In this document: positions 9,894 through 20,857 of the stretch, in pieces | Position numbering within the stretch: position 1 is the stretch's first letter | Layout of the letters: each line of letters starts with the position of its first letter | From: Nostoc sp. DedSLP01 | GTDB lineage: Bacteria; Cyanobacteriota; Cyanobacteriia; Cyanobacteriales; Nostocaceae | Direction: 5' to 3' | DNA: 64,000 nt | NCBI GenBank assembly: GCA_034530875.2 | Contig: JAVRCJ020000013.1 | Span: 64,001-128,000, forward strand | Made by a program: the position numbers and the translations under genes | The notes under the pieces: model-generated | What the model was told of the DNA's origin: nothing | Seen by the model: the letters and a program-made list of their open reading frames with translations, nothing else | Database searches by the model: none

Positions 9894-10815
9894 CTAATCA
9901 AAAGGCTTAAAAGCGATCGCTTTTGGTGATGCGGTTGATGTGGGCGATCGCACTCTTGTTCTCTCTCCTTCTAACGGTACAATTTCTCTGGGTTTTTCTC
10001 TAGAAGTGAACAGCAGGCAACTAATATGGGGTACTTCGCCAACGCGCTTGAGTAATTGACCATATCTTTCGTAACCAGCTCGACATTGCCCTGCTTGACC
10101 ACTAGCGAGAATTGTCTCAACATTATCTAAAATCAGCAGACATCGGTTTGATTGCAAACATTCCATCAGCTTTGCTAGTTTGCCATCAAAGCTTTCGGGT
10201 ATCGCTATCTCCTTTTGCAACCCGGACAGCAAAGATTGCAGGATGTTTGTTACTTGCTCTTCTACTGGTGGTGCATTTTGCAGGCTGCGCCACACCGCTA
10301 CCTCAAATTCGCTTTGAATTTGCAGCCCCAGCTTCACCGCTAAAGTGCTTTTACCAATACCGCCAATTCCCAGCAGTCCAATTAAACGACACCGCTCTTC
10401 TAATATCCATTGTTGTAGCTGCAATAATTCTTCATTACGACCAAAAAACACAGATATATCTGGTGCTTCTGCCCAATCATACTGTGGGTTTGCTTGTCGA
10501 GTTTCTAGTTCCTCTAAGGTCGAGGTTGGCCTGGTATAATCGCTTTGAAATAACTCCAGCCCAAAGGCAGCGAAGGCAAACTGCAACGAACTTTTATCTA
10601 CAGGTTCTAAGCGTGCCAAAATTCTAGATATAGTGTGTAGAGCTAAACGAGTGCGTAGGCGTAGCCCGTCGCCAGACATCGCTTAGTTCTTCTAATGAAA
10701 AACTATCTCCACCATTCTCATCAAATTCTACTTGAGTTTTGACAGCTTGAAATTTCTCCCAGCCTTTTAGGGTAAGAATTACACCCCGCCTGCGTCTGCT
10801 TGATTGTTTCATCAA
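9894..10815 (-). pseudogene. NB-ARC/STAND NTPase gene, frameshifted and 3'-truncated
   Basis: DWAEAPD..FFGR, GIGGIGKS, LLILDN, TSRE; two ORFs join when the 22-nt insert inside a HIP1 site is removed; homology stops at HIP1 9944-9951. Confidence 0.88.
10653..10682. repeat. SDR5-like small dispersed repeat inserted in a HIP1 site
   Basis: GCG|TAGGCGTAGCCCGTCGCCAGAC|ATCGC; removing the insert gives GCGATCGC. Confidence 0.85.
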
Positions 10816-11209
10816 CGTTACCTAAAACAAAGTAGATACGTCTCCATCAAGAAAATTCTCAAAGGACAATAGAAGAAGATAGTTCTGGAAAAGCAATTCC
10901 AGCTTGACTAATTAAATAAAATATGTTGTTCAGAACACATTTTATTCAAGCTAAGTTTTTTAGTTAACGCGATCGCCATCTCCAAAAAATACCAATACAT
11001 CTCAATAACTGGCTTTCAATAAGCAATATTCCTCTGTAGAAAAATTAGCCAGTATTTACGCTAAATCAGGTTATTATGCAGCCCCCATTGATAATAAAGC
11101 AAAACTAAGTATCTGTAAACGTCAGATGATTTGGTATTTTAATTACTCAATTTTTCCATTCAATACAATACGACTATCCAATTTTTGTCCTTATTCTTCA
11201 AGGTAGCTG

Positions 11210-11237
11210 GCGTAGGCGTACCCCTTGTAGACATCGC
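11210..11237. repeat. SDR5-like repeat in HIP1
   Basis: GCG|TAGGCGTACCCCTTGTAGAC|ATCGC. Confidence 0.75.
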
Positions 11238-11326
11238 TTTTACGAATAAATCCCCGATCCAAGAATCATTAGGATTAGTTACGGTTTGTAAGGATACACA
11301 GCAATCTACCCTAAATGAGTTGATAT

Positions 11327-11347
11327 AATTGAGAAAGATTCTCTATT
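11327..11347. promoter_or_regulatory. Putative Fur-type box
   Basis: Dyad AATTGAGAA-AGA-TTCTCTATT. Confidence 0.45.
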
Positions 11348-11681
11348 AGTAAAAAGGAGTAACCCTTAATTTAGTAACACCTGCCTATGATGAATTGCTT
11401 ATTGACATTGATTTAACCAACCTCCGGAAGACCAAGAACTGTAAATAAAATATATAGATTATCAACTACTTGCATTTGTTATTGACTTCAGTTACAGTCA
11501 AGGCAGATGCCTTACATCTAATCCTGATATGATTTTCAGGAAGTTAGATATAGGTAACAGGGTAAATAATAGATTTGTTAATACTGATATTTAGCGATCT
11601 GTTACTCACCCATCACATAGAGTAGGTATCGCCATAAGCCGGTTGACTGCATCAAATCTAGTTATTTTTATTTTTCTCAAA

Positions 11682-11704
11682 ATATTGAGAATTATTGGCA
11701 ATAT
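11682..11704. promoter_or_regulatory. Putative Fur-type box upstream of the sucrase/ferredoxin-like gene
   Basis: Dyad ATATTGAGAATTATTGGCAATAT. Confidence 0.45.
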
Positions 11705-12060
11705 GTATACCTAGATAGATACATTAGAATATTTGATTTTGCTAAAAAAAATAAATTTACAAAAGCCAAGTTTCAGTAAGGGAAAATTTATGAAATACCA
11801 AATAATAATAAAACTAAATACAAAATTAATGTTGGCGTTACGGAAAAATGTATCTTGACACTGTTTGTCTTTATTGTGGAGAATTGATTAATTAGCAAAA
11901 CATTAATCAACAATGATGTTATAAAATGGCTACCTAGTTTTAACTGGGAAAATCCATACTGTTCTTTTATATTTCCTTGATTCAAGGATATTGTAGCGAA
12001 GAACACAACTGTAGCAAACAACACATTCTGTCCATCAAATAAACTAATGAGAATAGTTAA

Positions 12061-13038
12061 ATGAGTACCTTTTTTTGTTCCGATCGTTCGCGGCAAATAG
12101 GAGAAGAAATTATTGGTAGCGCCACCAATTACAAAACTTATGTTTTAGTTGAATGCCCTCCTCCTTGGACATCAGAAGCTTTTAATTCTAAATGGGTGCC
12201 TGAGAATTTAAAAATATTAATAGAGGAAGTTAAGCGTGCTAAACTACCGATTAGATTCCTCTTAATTGCTAACGATCTATCGCACAAAGTCAACCAAACT
12301 ACACTTTTGATTTATGAAAGAAAAGATGGGTTTAGTAATGGTTATCATAAACAGGAATTTATACTACCTAGTATTGAGCAAGTAGCAGCAGTCGTACAAA
12401 AATGGTTATGGGGTATTGGCTCTAATTCTGAAGTTGAAAGTAGTGCTACTAGAGATATTTTAGTGTGTACCCACGGTAGCCATGATAAGTGCTGTGCCAG
12501 ATATGGAAATCCCTTTTATTTTCATGCTACAGCGACTATTTCTGATTTAGGCTTAGACAATGTGCGGATTTGGAAATCATCGCACGTTGGCGGACATAGG
12601 TTTGCACCAACAGTTATAGACTTGCCAGAAGGAAGATACTACGGTAATCTCGATATAGATTCATTTACATCTATTTTGACTCATACTGGCGATATTCAAT
12701 GCTTAGATAAAGTCTATCGAGGTTGGGGAATTTTGCCTGCTGCGCTTCAAACTTTGGAAAAAGAACTAATTCTCAGTGAAGGATGGGATTGGTTTAATTA
12801 CAAAGTTGCAGGCAAAATTTTAGAACAAAGTTTAGACAATAATACGATTCTAGGCGAACTAAGTTTTGAAAAAGCTTCTGGTTCTCTCTACACTTACCAA
12901 GCGAAACTTGTGAAAGATATAACCAAGGCTCAAAAAATTAAGAGTTCATGCAATGCTGCACAAGAGTCAGTAATTACTAAATATGCTGTAGTTAACGCTT
13001 GGCTGACTTCTAGTAAGGTAATGAGTTTTAGTGCGTAA
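12061..13038 (+). CDS. Sucrase/ferredoxin-like Fe-S protein
   Basis: LVCTHGSHDKCC, SSHVGGHRFAPT, YRGW motifs. Confidence 0.9.
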   Translation: MSTFFCSDRSRQIGEEIIGSATNYKTYVLVECPPPWTSEAFNSKWVPENLKILIEEVKRAKLPIRFLLIANDLSHKVNQTTLLIYERKDGFSNGYHKQEFILPSIEQVAAVVQKWLWGIGSNSEVESSATRDILVCTHGSHDKCCARYGNPFYFHATATISDLGLDNVRIWKSSHVGGHRFAPTVIDLPEGRYYGNLDIDSFTSILTHTGDIQCLDKVYRGWGILPAALQTLEKELILSEGWDWFNYKVAGKILEQSLDNNTILGELSFEKASGSLYTYQAKLVKDITKAQKIKSSCNAAQESVITKYAVVNAWLTSSKVMSFSA

Positions 13039-13127
13039 ATAGGAGTCAGGAGTGAGAAGTCAGAATTCACAATGCAATTAGTGAGGGATTTAGACCCGCG
13101 CTTATTTTACAAAGTATGAATTGTTAA

Positions 13128-13157
13128 TGTAGAGATGTAAAATTTTACGTCTCTACA
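13128..13157. repeat. REP-like palindrome (GTAGAGA...TCTCTAC family)
   Basis: TGTAGAGATGTAAAATTTTACGTCTCTACA between convergent genes; relatives at 21676-21699, 41774-41801, 62119-62146. Confidence 0.7.
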
Positions 13158-13211
13158 AGAGTTTTAGTTGCAACTCACTCTGAATTCTGATTCCTGAGTT
13201 CTGAATTCTTG

Positions 13212-14801
13212 TTAAGCCATATTCAAGACTTTTCGTAATAGCGCTTGGTCTTCTATTTTGGCTTTTAAACGACCATTTTCGATATCTCGAATCCAGCTTT
13301 GGCTTTTACCTGCAAGCTTGGCTAATTCTCTTTGGGAGAGGTTTAAATTTTTTCGCGCTTCCAAAATTTGTTCGCCTAGCAAATCGCCTGTGGCTGTAGG
13401 CTTTCTTTTATTCTTAACGCCTCGCCGCTGCTTTTTCTGGGATTCTGAGATTTGTTGTTCCCATTCTGGTGGTAGTTCAAAAGCTAAAATCCGCGCATTC
13501 ATTAGCAGATTCCACTTCCCACGAGGGCCTGTGTCTGTGAGGCGAGTTTCGGCACCGCCGTCATTTGTCCAAAATTCTAATGCTTCGTCTGGATCTTCGG
13601 GAATATCCATTAACTTGGCCCACAAAGGTTGAATTTCTGGTGGGTAGGTAATTGGGTCGAAGATTGGTTTCATTCCGTAATGATTGAGAATTTCCAAATC
13701 GCTTTCAAAAGTTCGTAGCAAGCGTTTGCGTTCTTCGCGTTGTCTGGATGCAACGCCGACTTTTTCTTCACCGTAAGCAATACGCAGCAAAGTGGGAACA
13801 GTGATGCGTTGTTCTTTGCCCATTTTGGTTTTGAACAGCAACCACAACATGAGTCGGACTGCTCCTTCATGTTGCTGCCAAATACTCATGACTGTGGTTA
13901 GCAGGGTTTTAGGGAGACTGCCATATTGATAGAAGGCGGTTCGCTCTTTACATGCTTGTTTGTTTAAGAAATATTGCGCCCAAATACCAGCTTTGACTTT
14001 AAAAGTTAGCCCAATCAGATATTTGCATCCGAGAGCGTCTTCTTGAAAGTGGTGCTGAATGTCCACTAAGTGCCATAAACGGGTTTGTGTGACAGAGAAT
14101 CCGTTAACTCGGCCTTGTTGAGGCCATTCTATAGAGATAATCAGCGAACAAGCTTGCTGGACAAGATTTTTCATTAAAGCTAGCTTGGCAGCTTTGTTTA
14201 AATCTTTGCGTTTCTCCATCCCCAAATATTTTTCGATTTGGCGTTCGTCGATCGCAAATTCTTGTTCCCAAGGTTTATCTAAGGCTGTGGCATAAGCCGC
14301 AAAAATTAGATGTATGCAAGCAGCTCTAATATCCAGTCCCTCAATTGCGGCTAAATCTCTAGCCTTGTCGTTCACCTGAAATGGATCTTGGATGTGAAAA
14401 GCGATCGCTCCTTTTCCTTGATTTACTTGTCTGCCATAACACAAGTAACCTTCTTCATCGCTTTCCCAATTTAAAGATGTGCGCTGCGCTAGTACATTGC
14501 AAGCTTCCCAAATGGCGATCGCTGAAGCAAATGGATTATTCTTTCCGTTAGAAAACAAGTCTAAGCTAGTAGCATTTCTCGGCTCAACTTTGCATCTCCC
14601 TTTTTTCGCCTGCCAAGGAATCGGAGAATTAGTTGGACAGGCAATTACGCATTGTGGTTTTGGATAATAACCCTCACAATTGTTACAAAGATAAGGATCG
14701 ATCCAATATTCATCGTCCTCTAGTTTGATTGCACCCGTAGGACATTGGGGGCGGCAGTTGTCACATCCAACGCAACTGTTGTTAGGAATCGTGTAAGGCA
14801 T
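13212..14801 (-). CDS. patB: PatB/CnfR nif master transcriptional activator
   Basis: N-terminal 2x[4Fe-4S] motifs (CVGCDNCRPQC), C-terminal XRE HTH, 529 aa, divergent from fdxB. Confidence 0.95.
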   Translation of the reverse strand: MPYTIPNNSCVGCDNCRPQCPTGAIKLEDDEYWIDPYLCNNCEGYYPKPQCVIACPTNSPIPWQAKKGRCKVEPRNATSLDLFSNGKNNPFASAIAIWEACNVLAQRTSLNWESDEEGYLCYGRQVNQGKGAIAFHIQDPFQVNDKARDLAAIEGLDIRAACIHLIFAAYATALDKPWEQEFAIDERQIEKYLGMEKRKDLNKAAKLALMKNLVQQACSLIISIEWPQQGRVNGFSVTQTRLWHLVDIQHHFQEDALGCKYLIGLTFKVKAGIWAQYFLNKQACKERTAFYQYGSLPKTLLTTVMSIWQQHEGAVRLMLWLLFKTKMGKEQRITVPTLLRIAYGEEKVGVASRQREERKRLLRTFESDLEILNHYGMKPIFDPITYPPEIQPLWAKLMDIPEDPDEALEFWTNDGGAETRLTDTGPRGKWNLLMNARILAFELPPEWEQQISESQKKQRRGVKNKRKPTATGDLLGEQILEARKNLNLSQRELAKLAGKSQSWIRDIENGRLKAKIEDQALLRKVLNMA

Positions 14802-15742
14802 AATGGCTCTGTTCCCACTCTAATCGTTGAGATGTCTGGCTCAGGTCTCCCCTGGATGAGTCCTGTTTATTCATCACTCGCTACCAATTATCTTTATGGC
14901 GAGAATAATCTTTTCTCACCACACGAAATTCCCCACATCCGTATTTGACTTTGCATCCAATTGAAAGCTGTGTAAGGCTTTCAAGCCGAGCCTAAGATTA
15001 CTTCTTTATTAACTATACATTTCATAAATAAAATAATTAAGTTGTTCGTAATGAGCTTAGAAAAAAACTTAACATTTATGTAAATATGTACTTAACGAAC
15101 ATTTTATTTTTAACCGCAAAACCTTAACCAAAGTCTTTTTAGTCAGCATTTAAATCTAGGAGAATTACTTTTGAACTTATTTATTAATAATTTTAATATT
15201 TAACCCTTCATAATATTCTGCTATAAACTTTACAGTTCCTTCATGATAAGCTCCCTTTCTTGTAGGTAAACACAAGAAAACAATAATCTGTACTTTGACA
15301 ACATTTATCTCAATGTTTTAATGAAAGGCTAAATACAAAATTGTTGCTTTAGAAAATACATATCGCAGATATATAAATGTAACTAACAAACATTTGATTT
15401 AGTATATTGCGATACTGTTTTTCTCTCTTTTTTGACCTCACTCTCAAAATATTTGAAAAAGAATCTCATCATTTTCAGAGAAAGATTTATATCTTCTGAA
15501 AAGAATAGTTGTTAACGATAAAGGTTTAACAAAGATTTTATTCATGAAATTTACATCATAATTATTGGCAATCAATTTCATCTATAAAATTTAAACTCAA
15601 AATAATGTAATTTTTAAACTAAAAGTCATCAAAATTTGACGACTAAAAAACATTATTGATTCCTCAAAAAAAGAAAATATTAGGATAAGATAATGATTAA
15701 AGTAGGAACAGATTTCAAGGCAAAATTGCCGAGGATTAATTC

Positions 15743-16036
15743 ATGGCACAACTAACAGGTTTGACATTTGGTGGTAAGGCTTGGACACCTAAATTTGCTC
15801 AAGAAATTGACAAAGACAAATGTATCGGCTGTGGCAGATGTATTAAAGTATGCGGATACAATGTACTAGGTTTGAAAGCACTCAACGAAGAAGGTGAATT
15901 TGTAGAAGATGAAGATGATGAAGAAATTGAACGTAAAGTAATGGCAGTTAGTAATCCAGAAAACTGTATTGGTTGTGAAGCTTGTTCGCGGATTTGTCCC
16001 AAGAATTGCTACACCCATGTTGCATTAAACAACTAA
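15743..16036 (+). CDS. fdxB: Ferredoxin III, nif-specific
   Basis: [11 protein letters not shown] and [11 protein letters not shown] separated by an acidic linker. Confidence 0.93.
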   Translation: MAQLTGLTFGGKAWTPKFAQEIDKDKCIGCGRCIKVCGYNVLGLKALNEEGEFVEDEDDEEIERKVMAVSNPENCIGCEACSRICPKNCYTHVALNN

Positions 16037-16630
16037 CATTTTTGGAGTTACTTAATATTGTTGTTCGTCCAAGGAGGCACTGTTTGTATAAAGGGTAAAT
16101 GCCCTAAGCAAGGTAACTAGAGGGGAATTGCCGCTGCGCGCAAGTCAAAAGGCAAAAGGCAAAAGGCTTTTATTTTATGCTTTATTTGCGTAGTGTTGTA
16201 TTTAATATTTACTGGAACTAGTAAAAAGTTCGCAGTAGACAAATGCGTAAATCGTAATATGTTAATTATTGACAAATTTAAACTTGCTGTTAGTATAGCC
16301 CGAATGATTTTAAAACAAACAGTGTCCTCTGGAACAACTATCTTTTCAGGAAGCCTTGAGCTTCCTTTGTCATAGAAGTTGAAATATAATTGAAAATTTT
16401 TTGGGGGAAAGATATGAAAAAAATCTGGAAGTTTCCCCCATTTTTTATAGCTGCACGTTAGAAAGTTAATAAGTGAAAACAAAAAACACTGCCCTGTGAA
16501 AGGGAATGGGGAGATGAGGGAGTGAGGGAGACGCGGGGACGCGGAGAATAATGAACGCTCAATGCCCAATGCCCAATGCCCAATATCCAGAAAATCACAC
16601 GTTAAAAGACGCTTTACAGAGCAGGTATGT

Positions 16631-17614
16631 ATGCAACAAGTTCCTGTTTCACTATGGACTCTGGTTGCTGGGATAGTAGTCACAGCAATTAGTATTTGGG
16701 TTGGTCACAACCACACTCTACTGCCGGTACAAGCATCGGAACAAGCGCCTTTGGTAGACGGTTTTTTCAATGTGATGTTTACCATTGCGATCGCTCTCTT
16801 CTTAGTGGTGGAAGGAACAATTATCATTTTTTTAGTGAAGTATCGTCGGCGTCCGGGAGATGACACCGATGGCTTACCAGTAGAAGGCAACTTGCCTTTA
16901 GAAGTTTTTTGGACAGCAATTCCCACAATTATTGTCTTGTGTTTAGGCATCTACAGCGTAGATGTTTTTAACCGTATGGGAGGCTTTGAAGCTGCTGGTC
17001 ATCCACATTCAGTAGCTCATGTTCATCATACGAGTGGGAGTGCCATTGCAGCTACCCTAAATGACACCCCCGAAGCAACAACAGCTTCACAAATCGGTTT
17101 TGGTGCCTCTCCTACTAGCGAAGGCAAACCAGCTGACTTAGTTGTTGATGTCAAAGGCATACAGTACGCTTGGATATTTAACTATCCTGAAAGTGGCATT
17201 ACTTCAGGAGAATTGCACATTCCTGTCGGTGCTGACGTGCAACTCAACCTCTCAGCAAGTGATGTAATTCACTCATTTTGGGTGCCAAACTTCCGGCTGA
17301 AGCAAGACGCACTACCCGGTATCCCTACTCAATTAAGATTTGTCGCTACCAAACCAGGCACATATCCCGTAGTTTGTGCTGAATTGTGCGGTGGTTACCA
17401 CGGCTCGATGCGGACACAGGTAATTGTCCACACATCAGAAGAATATCAAAGCTGGTTGACAGAAAACCAAGTTGCTCAAAAGGAAAACTCACAAATTGTT
17501 GCAGTTAATTCTGCTGAGTTATCAACCTCAGAGTTTCTAGCACCTCACGTCCACGATATGGGGATTAGTGCTGCAACTCTAGAGTCAGTGGTTATGGCAG
17601 GCAATAGGCAATAG
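16631..17614 (+). CDS. coxB: Cytochrome c oxidase subunit II (heterocyst cox2-type operon)
   Basis: CuA motifs DVIHSFWVP and CAELCGGYH; ATG 16631. Confidence 0.95.
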   Translation: MQQVPVSLWTLVAGIVVTAISIWVGHNHTLLPVQASEQAPLVDGFFNVMFTIAIALFLVVEGTIIIFLVKYRRRPGDDTDGLPVEGNLPLEVFWTAIPTIIVLCLGIYSVDVFNRMGGFEAAGHPHSVAHVHHTSGSAIAATLNDTPEATTASQIGFGASPTSEGKPADLVVDVKGIQYAWIFNYPESGITSGELHIPVGADVQLNLSASDVIHSFWVPNFRLKQDALPGIPTQLRFVATKPGTYPVVCAELCGGYHGSMRTQVIVHTSEEYQSWLTENQVAQKENSQIVAVNSAELSTSEFLAPHVHDMGISAATLESVVMAGNRQ

Positions 17615-17676
17615 GCAACAGTCAAGAGTCAAAACTTTGGACATTTGACCGTGAACTCTGCATAGCAGGAAAAAAT

Positions 17677-19368
17677 ATGACACAGGTAGAATTTCCACCG
17701 AACACTCCACCAGAAAAAAAGAAACCGGAAACTCTGGCGATCGCCCACACTTCTCATCAACAGGCGTGGAGATGGCAAGATTATTTCACATTTAATATCG
17801 ATCACAAGGTTATTGGTATCCAATATCTTGTTACGGCGTTTGTGTTCTATCTCATTGGCGGACTGATGGCGATGGCCATCCGTGTCGAATTAGCAACACC
17901 TGATGCAGATTTACTCGACCCCAATCTGTATAACGCTTTTATGACTAATCACGGGACGATTATGATCTTCCTGTGGATCGTTCCCAGTGCCATTGGGGGT
18001 TTTGGTAACTTCTTAGTACCCTTGATGGTTGGTGCTAGGGATATGGCTTTCCCCAAGCTGAACGCGATCGCCTTTTGGTTAAACCCACCAGCAGGTGCCC
18101 TGATATTAGGTAGTTTCCTGTTTGGTGGTTCGCAATCAGGTTGGACAGCTTACCCACCTTTGAGCTTGGTGACAGCACCCATCGCCCAAACAATGTGGAT
18201 ACTGGCGATCGTTTTGGTAGGAACTTCTTCAATTTTGGGTTCGCTGAACTTTGTCATCACCATTTTGATGATGAAGGTTCCCAGCATGAAATGGGATCAG
18301 CTGCCCCTGTTTTGCTGGGCAATCTTGGCAACCTCCGTTCTGGCGCTAGTTTCCACACCTGTATTAGCAGCAGGTTTAATTCTGCTATTGTTTGACCTCA
18401 ACTTTGGCACTTCCTTCTTTAAACCAGATGCAGGCGGTAACGTTGTAATTTACCAACACTTATTCTGGTTTTATTCCCACCCGGCAGTATATTTAATGAT
18501 TCTGCCTATCTTCGGCATTATGTCCGAGGTGATTCCAGTCCACGCACGTAAGCCAATTTTTGGTTATAAAGCGATCGCTTATTCCAGTTTGGCAATCTGC
18601 GTCGTCGGTTTGTTCGTCTGGGTACACCACATGTTTACCAGCGGTACGCCCGGATGGATGCGGATGTTCTTCACCATTTCCACTCTAATAGTTGCCGTTC
18701 CCACTGGCGTTAAGATTTTCGGCTGGGTTGCTACCCTTTGGGGTGGTAAAATTCGCTTCACCAGCGCCATGCTTTTCGCCATTGGCTTGTTATCCATGTT
18801 CGTCATGGGCGGCTTAAGCGGCGTGACAATGGGAACAGCCCCCTTTGATGTTCACGTCCACGACACCTATTATGTAGTTGCACACTTCCACTACGTTCTA
18901 TTTGGTGGTTCCGTGTTTGGCATTTATGCCGGTATTTATCACTGGTTCCCCAAAATGACCGGACGGATGTTGAATGAAACCTGGGGACGCATTCACTTTT
19001 TCCTCACCTTAATCGGCACAAATTTAACTTTCCTACCCATGCACGAATTGGGTTTACAAGGAATGCCGCGTAGAGTTGCTATGTATGACCCCCAATTCAT
19101 CGACCTGAATCAAATTTGTACCTTTGGTTCATTTGTTTTAGGAATATCAGTAATTCCCTTCACCATCAACATTATTCAAAGTTGGATTAAGGGACAGCCA
19201 GCAGGTGATAATCCTTGGAATGGTTTGACTTTGGAATGGACAACTAGTTCGCCACCTGCGATTGAAAACTGGGAAGTGTTGCCGGTTGTCACTCACGGGC
19301 CTTATGACTACGGTCACGATCGCAGCACTGAAGTACAGCCAGCAGCGACACCGGAAGCTAGTGCTTAG
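17677..19368 (+). CDS. coxA: Cytochrome c oxidase subunit I
   Basis: DHKVIG, HPAVY, WVHHMF, HFHYV motifs. Confidence 0.97.
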   Translation: MTQVEFPPNTPPEKKKPETLAIAHTSHQQAWRWQDYFTFNIDHKVIGIQYLVTAFVFYLIGGLMAMAIRVELATPDADLLDPNLYNAFMTNHGTIMIFLWIVPSAIGGFGNFLVPLMVGARDMAFPKLNAIAFWLNPPAGALILGSFLFGGSQSGWTAYPPLSLVTAPIAQTMWILAIVLVGTSSILGSLNFVITILMMKVPSMKWDQLPLFCWAILATSVLALVSTPVLAAGLILLLFDLNFGTSFFKPDAGGNVVIYQHLFWFYSHPAVYLMILPIFGIMSEVIPVHARKPIFGYKAIAYSSLAICVVGLFVWVHHMFTSGTPGWMRMFFTISTLIVAVPTGVKIFGWVATLWGGKIRFTSAMLFAIGLLSMFVMGGLSGVTMGTAPFDVHVHDTYYVVAHFHYVLFGGSVFGIYAGIYHWFPKMTGRMLNETWGRIHFFLTLIGTNLTFLPMHELGLQGMPRRVAMYDPQFIDLNQICTFGSFVLGISVIPFTINIIQSWIKGQPAGDNPWNGLTLEWTTSSPPAIENWEVLPVVTHGPYDYGHDRSTEVQPAATPEASA

Positions 19369-19525
19369 TAAAGTTTTCGTGGCGAATTGAGAGTTGAAAT
19401 TTAAACGCAAAGAAGCGCAGAGGTACGCAGAGAATTTGCTACTGGGCGGGCTAATTGAAAATCATCTTAGATATTAGCCCAGTCCCCATTACCCAGTCCC
19501 CAATCACCTTTTTGCCAACAAATCT

Positions 19526-20122
19526 ATGACTATAGCGACAACAGAACATGAAAGTGCAGGACATCACGAAGAACATCCAGATTTAAGAGTTTGGGGACTG
19601 TTGACATTCCTCGTCTCTGAATCGCTGATGTTCGGCGGATTTTTTGCCACGTATTTGTTTTTCCGCAGCAGTACGGCAGTTTGGCCGCCGGAAGGAACAG
19701 AAGTAGAGTTATTTGTGCCGACGATTAACACCATTATTCTGGTGTCGAGTAGTTTCGTCATTCACTTCGGCGATACGGCGATTAAAAAGAATAATGTCAA
19801 GGGAATGCAACTGTGGTACACAATTACTGCCATCATGGGAGCAATTTTCTTGATTGGTCAGGCTTATGAGTACGCAACTTTAGGCTACGGTCTGACTACC
19901 AATGTTTTCGCTAACTGCTTTTATTTGATGACAGGCTTCCACGGTTTGCACGTGTTTGTGGGACTGTTATTAATTTTAGCTGTGTTGTGGCGATCGCGTA
20001 TTCCCGGTTTATATACTGCCAAAAATCACACCTTCATCGAAATGGCAGAAATTTACTGGCACTTCGTAGACATTATTTGGATTGTTCTCTTTACTTTAGT
20101 GTACATTCTTACACTGTTTTAA
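19526..20122 (+). CDS. coxC: Cytochrome c oxidase subunit III
   Basis: SESLMF, TGFHGLHV, YWHFVD motifs. Confidence 0.95.
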   Translation: MTIATTEHESAGHHEEHPDLRVWGLLTFLVSESLMFGGFFATYLFFRSSTAVWPPEGTEVELFVPTINTIILVSSSFVIHFGDTAIKKNNVKGMQLWYTITAIMGAIFLIGQAYEYATLGYGLTTNVFANCFYLMTGFHGLHVFVGLLLILAVLWRSRIPGLYTAKNHTFIEMAEIYWHFVDIIWIVLFTLVYILTLF

Positions 20123-20235
20123 AAGTGAGTAGGGAGTAGGGAGTGGGGAATTAGGAATTATTCTCCTTGCCCTTTTATCCGCTTGTCTCCCTACTCCCCA
20201 TTCCCCATTCCCCACTCCCTATTCAGGAGTTAATT

Positions 20236-20721
20236 ATGCAACTCAATACGAATAAATTCTCATGGTTCCAGGTTCCTGATGATATCAAAAATTTATTAAT
20301 TTTAGCTGCAAAAAATTGGGAAAATACATCAGAATCGGAAAAATATATTCAACAAGCACTAGCTAAAACTGGTGAAAATACAGACGTTTTGGTTGCAGCA
20401 TATAGATTTTTTTACTACAAAAATAATTATTGCCTTGCACTACAAACAACAACTAAATTATTAGATAAAATTAAAGAAATAGAAAAATTCCCTGACGACT
20501 GGGAGCAACTTAAGCCGATATTAGTCAATCGCAAAGAAGACCCACAAATTCGATTGTACTTGAATGCTTATGCTGCTTCTGGATTGGTTCTAGCAAAGTT
20601 AGGAGCAATAGACCAAGCAAAAGAAATCAGCGCCAGAGTCAAAGAAATAGACGAAAAGCATGATTTCGGAGCCGGTATTTTGCTGGATATTTTGACACGT
20701 CCAGCAGAAGAAGACGATTAA
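20236..20721 (+). CDS. TPR-like hypothetical protein
   Basis: AGGAG before ATG 20236; helical, YRFFYYK motif. Confidence 0.75.
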   Translation: MQLNTNKFSWFQVPDDIKNLLILAAKNWENTSESEKYIQQALAKTGENTDVLVAAYRFFYYKNNYCLALQTTTKLLDKIKEIEKFPDDWEQLKPILVNRKEDPQIRLYLNAYAASGLVLAKLGAIDQAKEISARVKEIDEKHDFGAGILLDILTRPAEEDD

Positions 20722-20857
20722 TTAATTTGTGGGGAGTGGGGAATAGGGAATAGGGAGTGGGGGATGAGGGAGACAATAACTCTTAACTCCTAACTCTAAA
20801 CTTCTAACTCCCCACTCCCCACTCACCACTCCCCTCTTTCAATCAAGGTGAAATTTC

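Noticed and set aside
11788..12096. 102-aa minus-strand ORF
   Set aside because: AT-rich chance ORF overlapping the start of the sucrase/ferredoxin gene.
16117..16683. 188-aa minus-strand ORF in the coxB promoter region
   Set aside because: It runs through STRR and 8-mer repeats, has low-complexity composition and is antisense to the coxB start.
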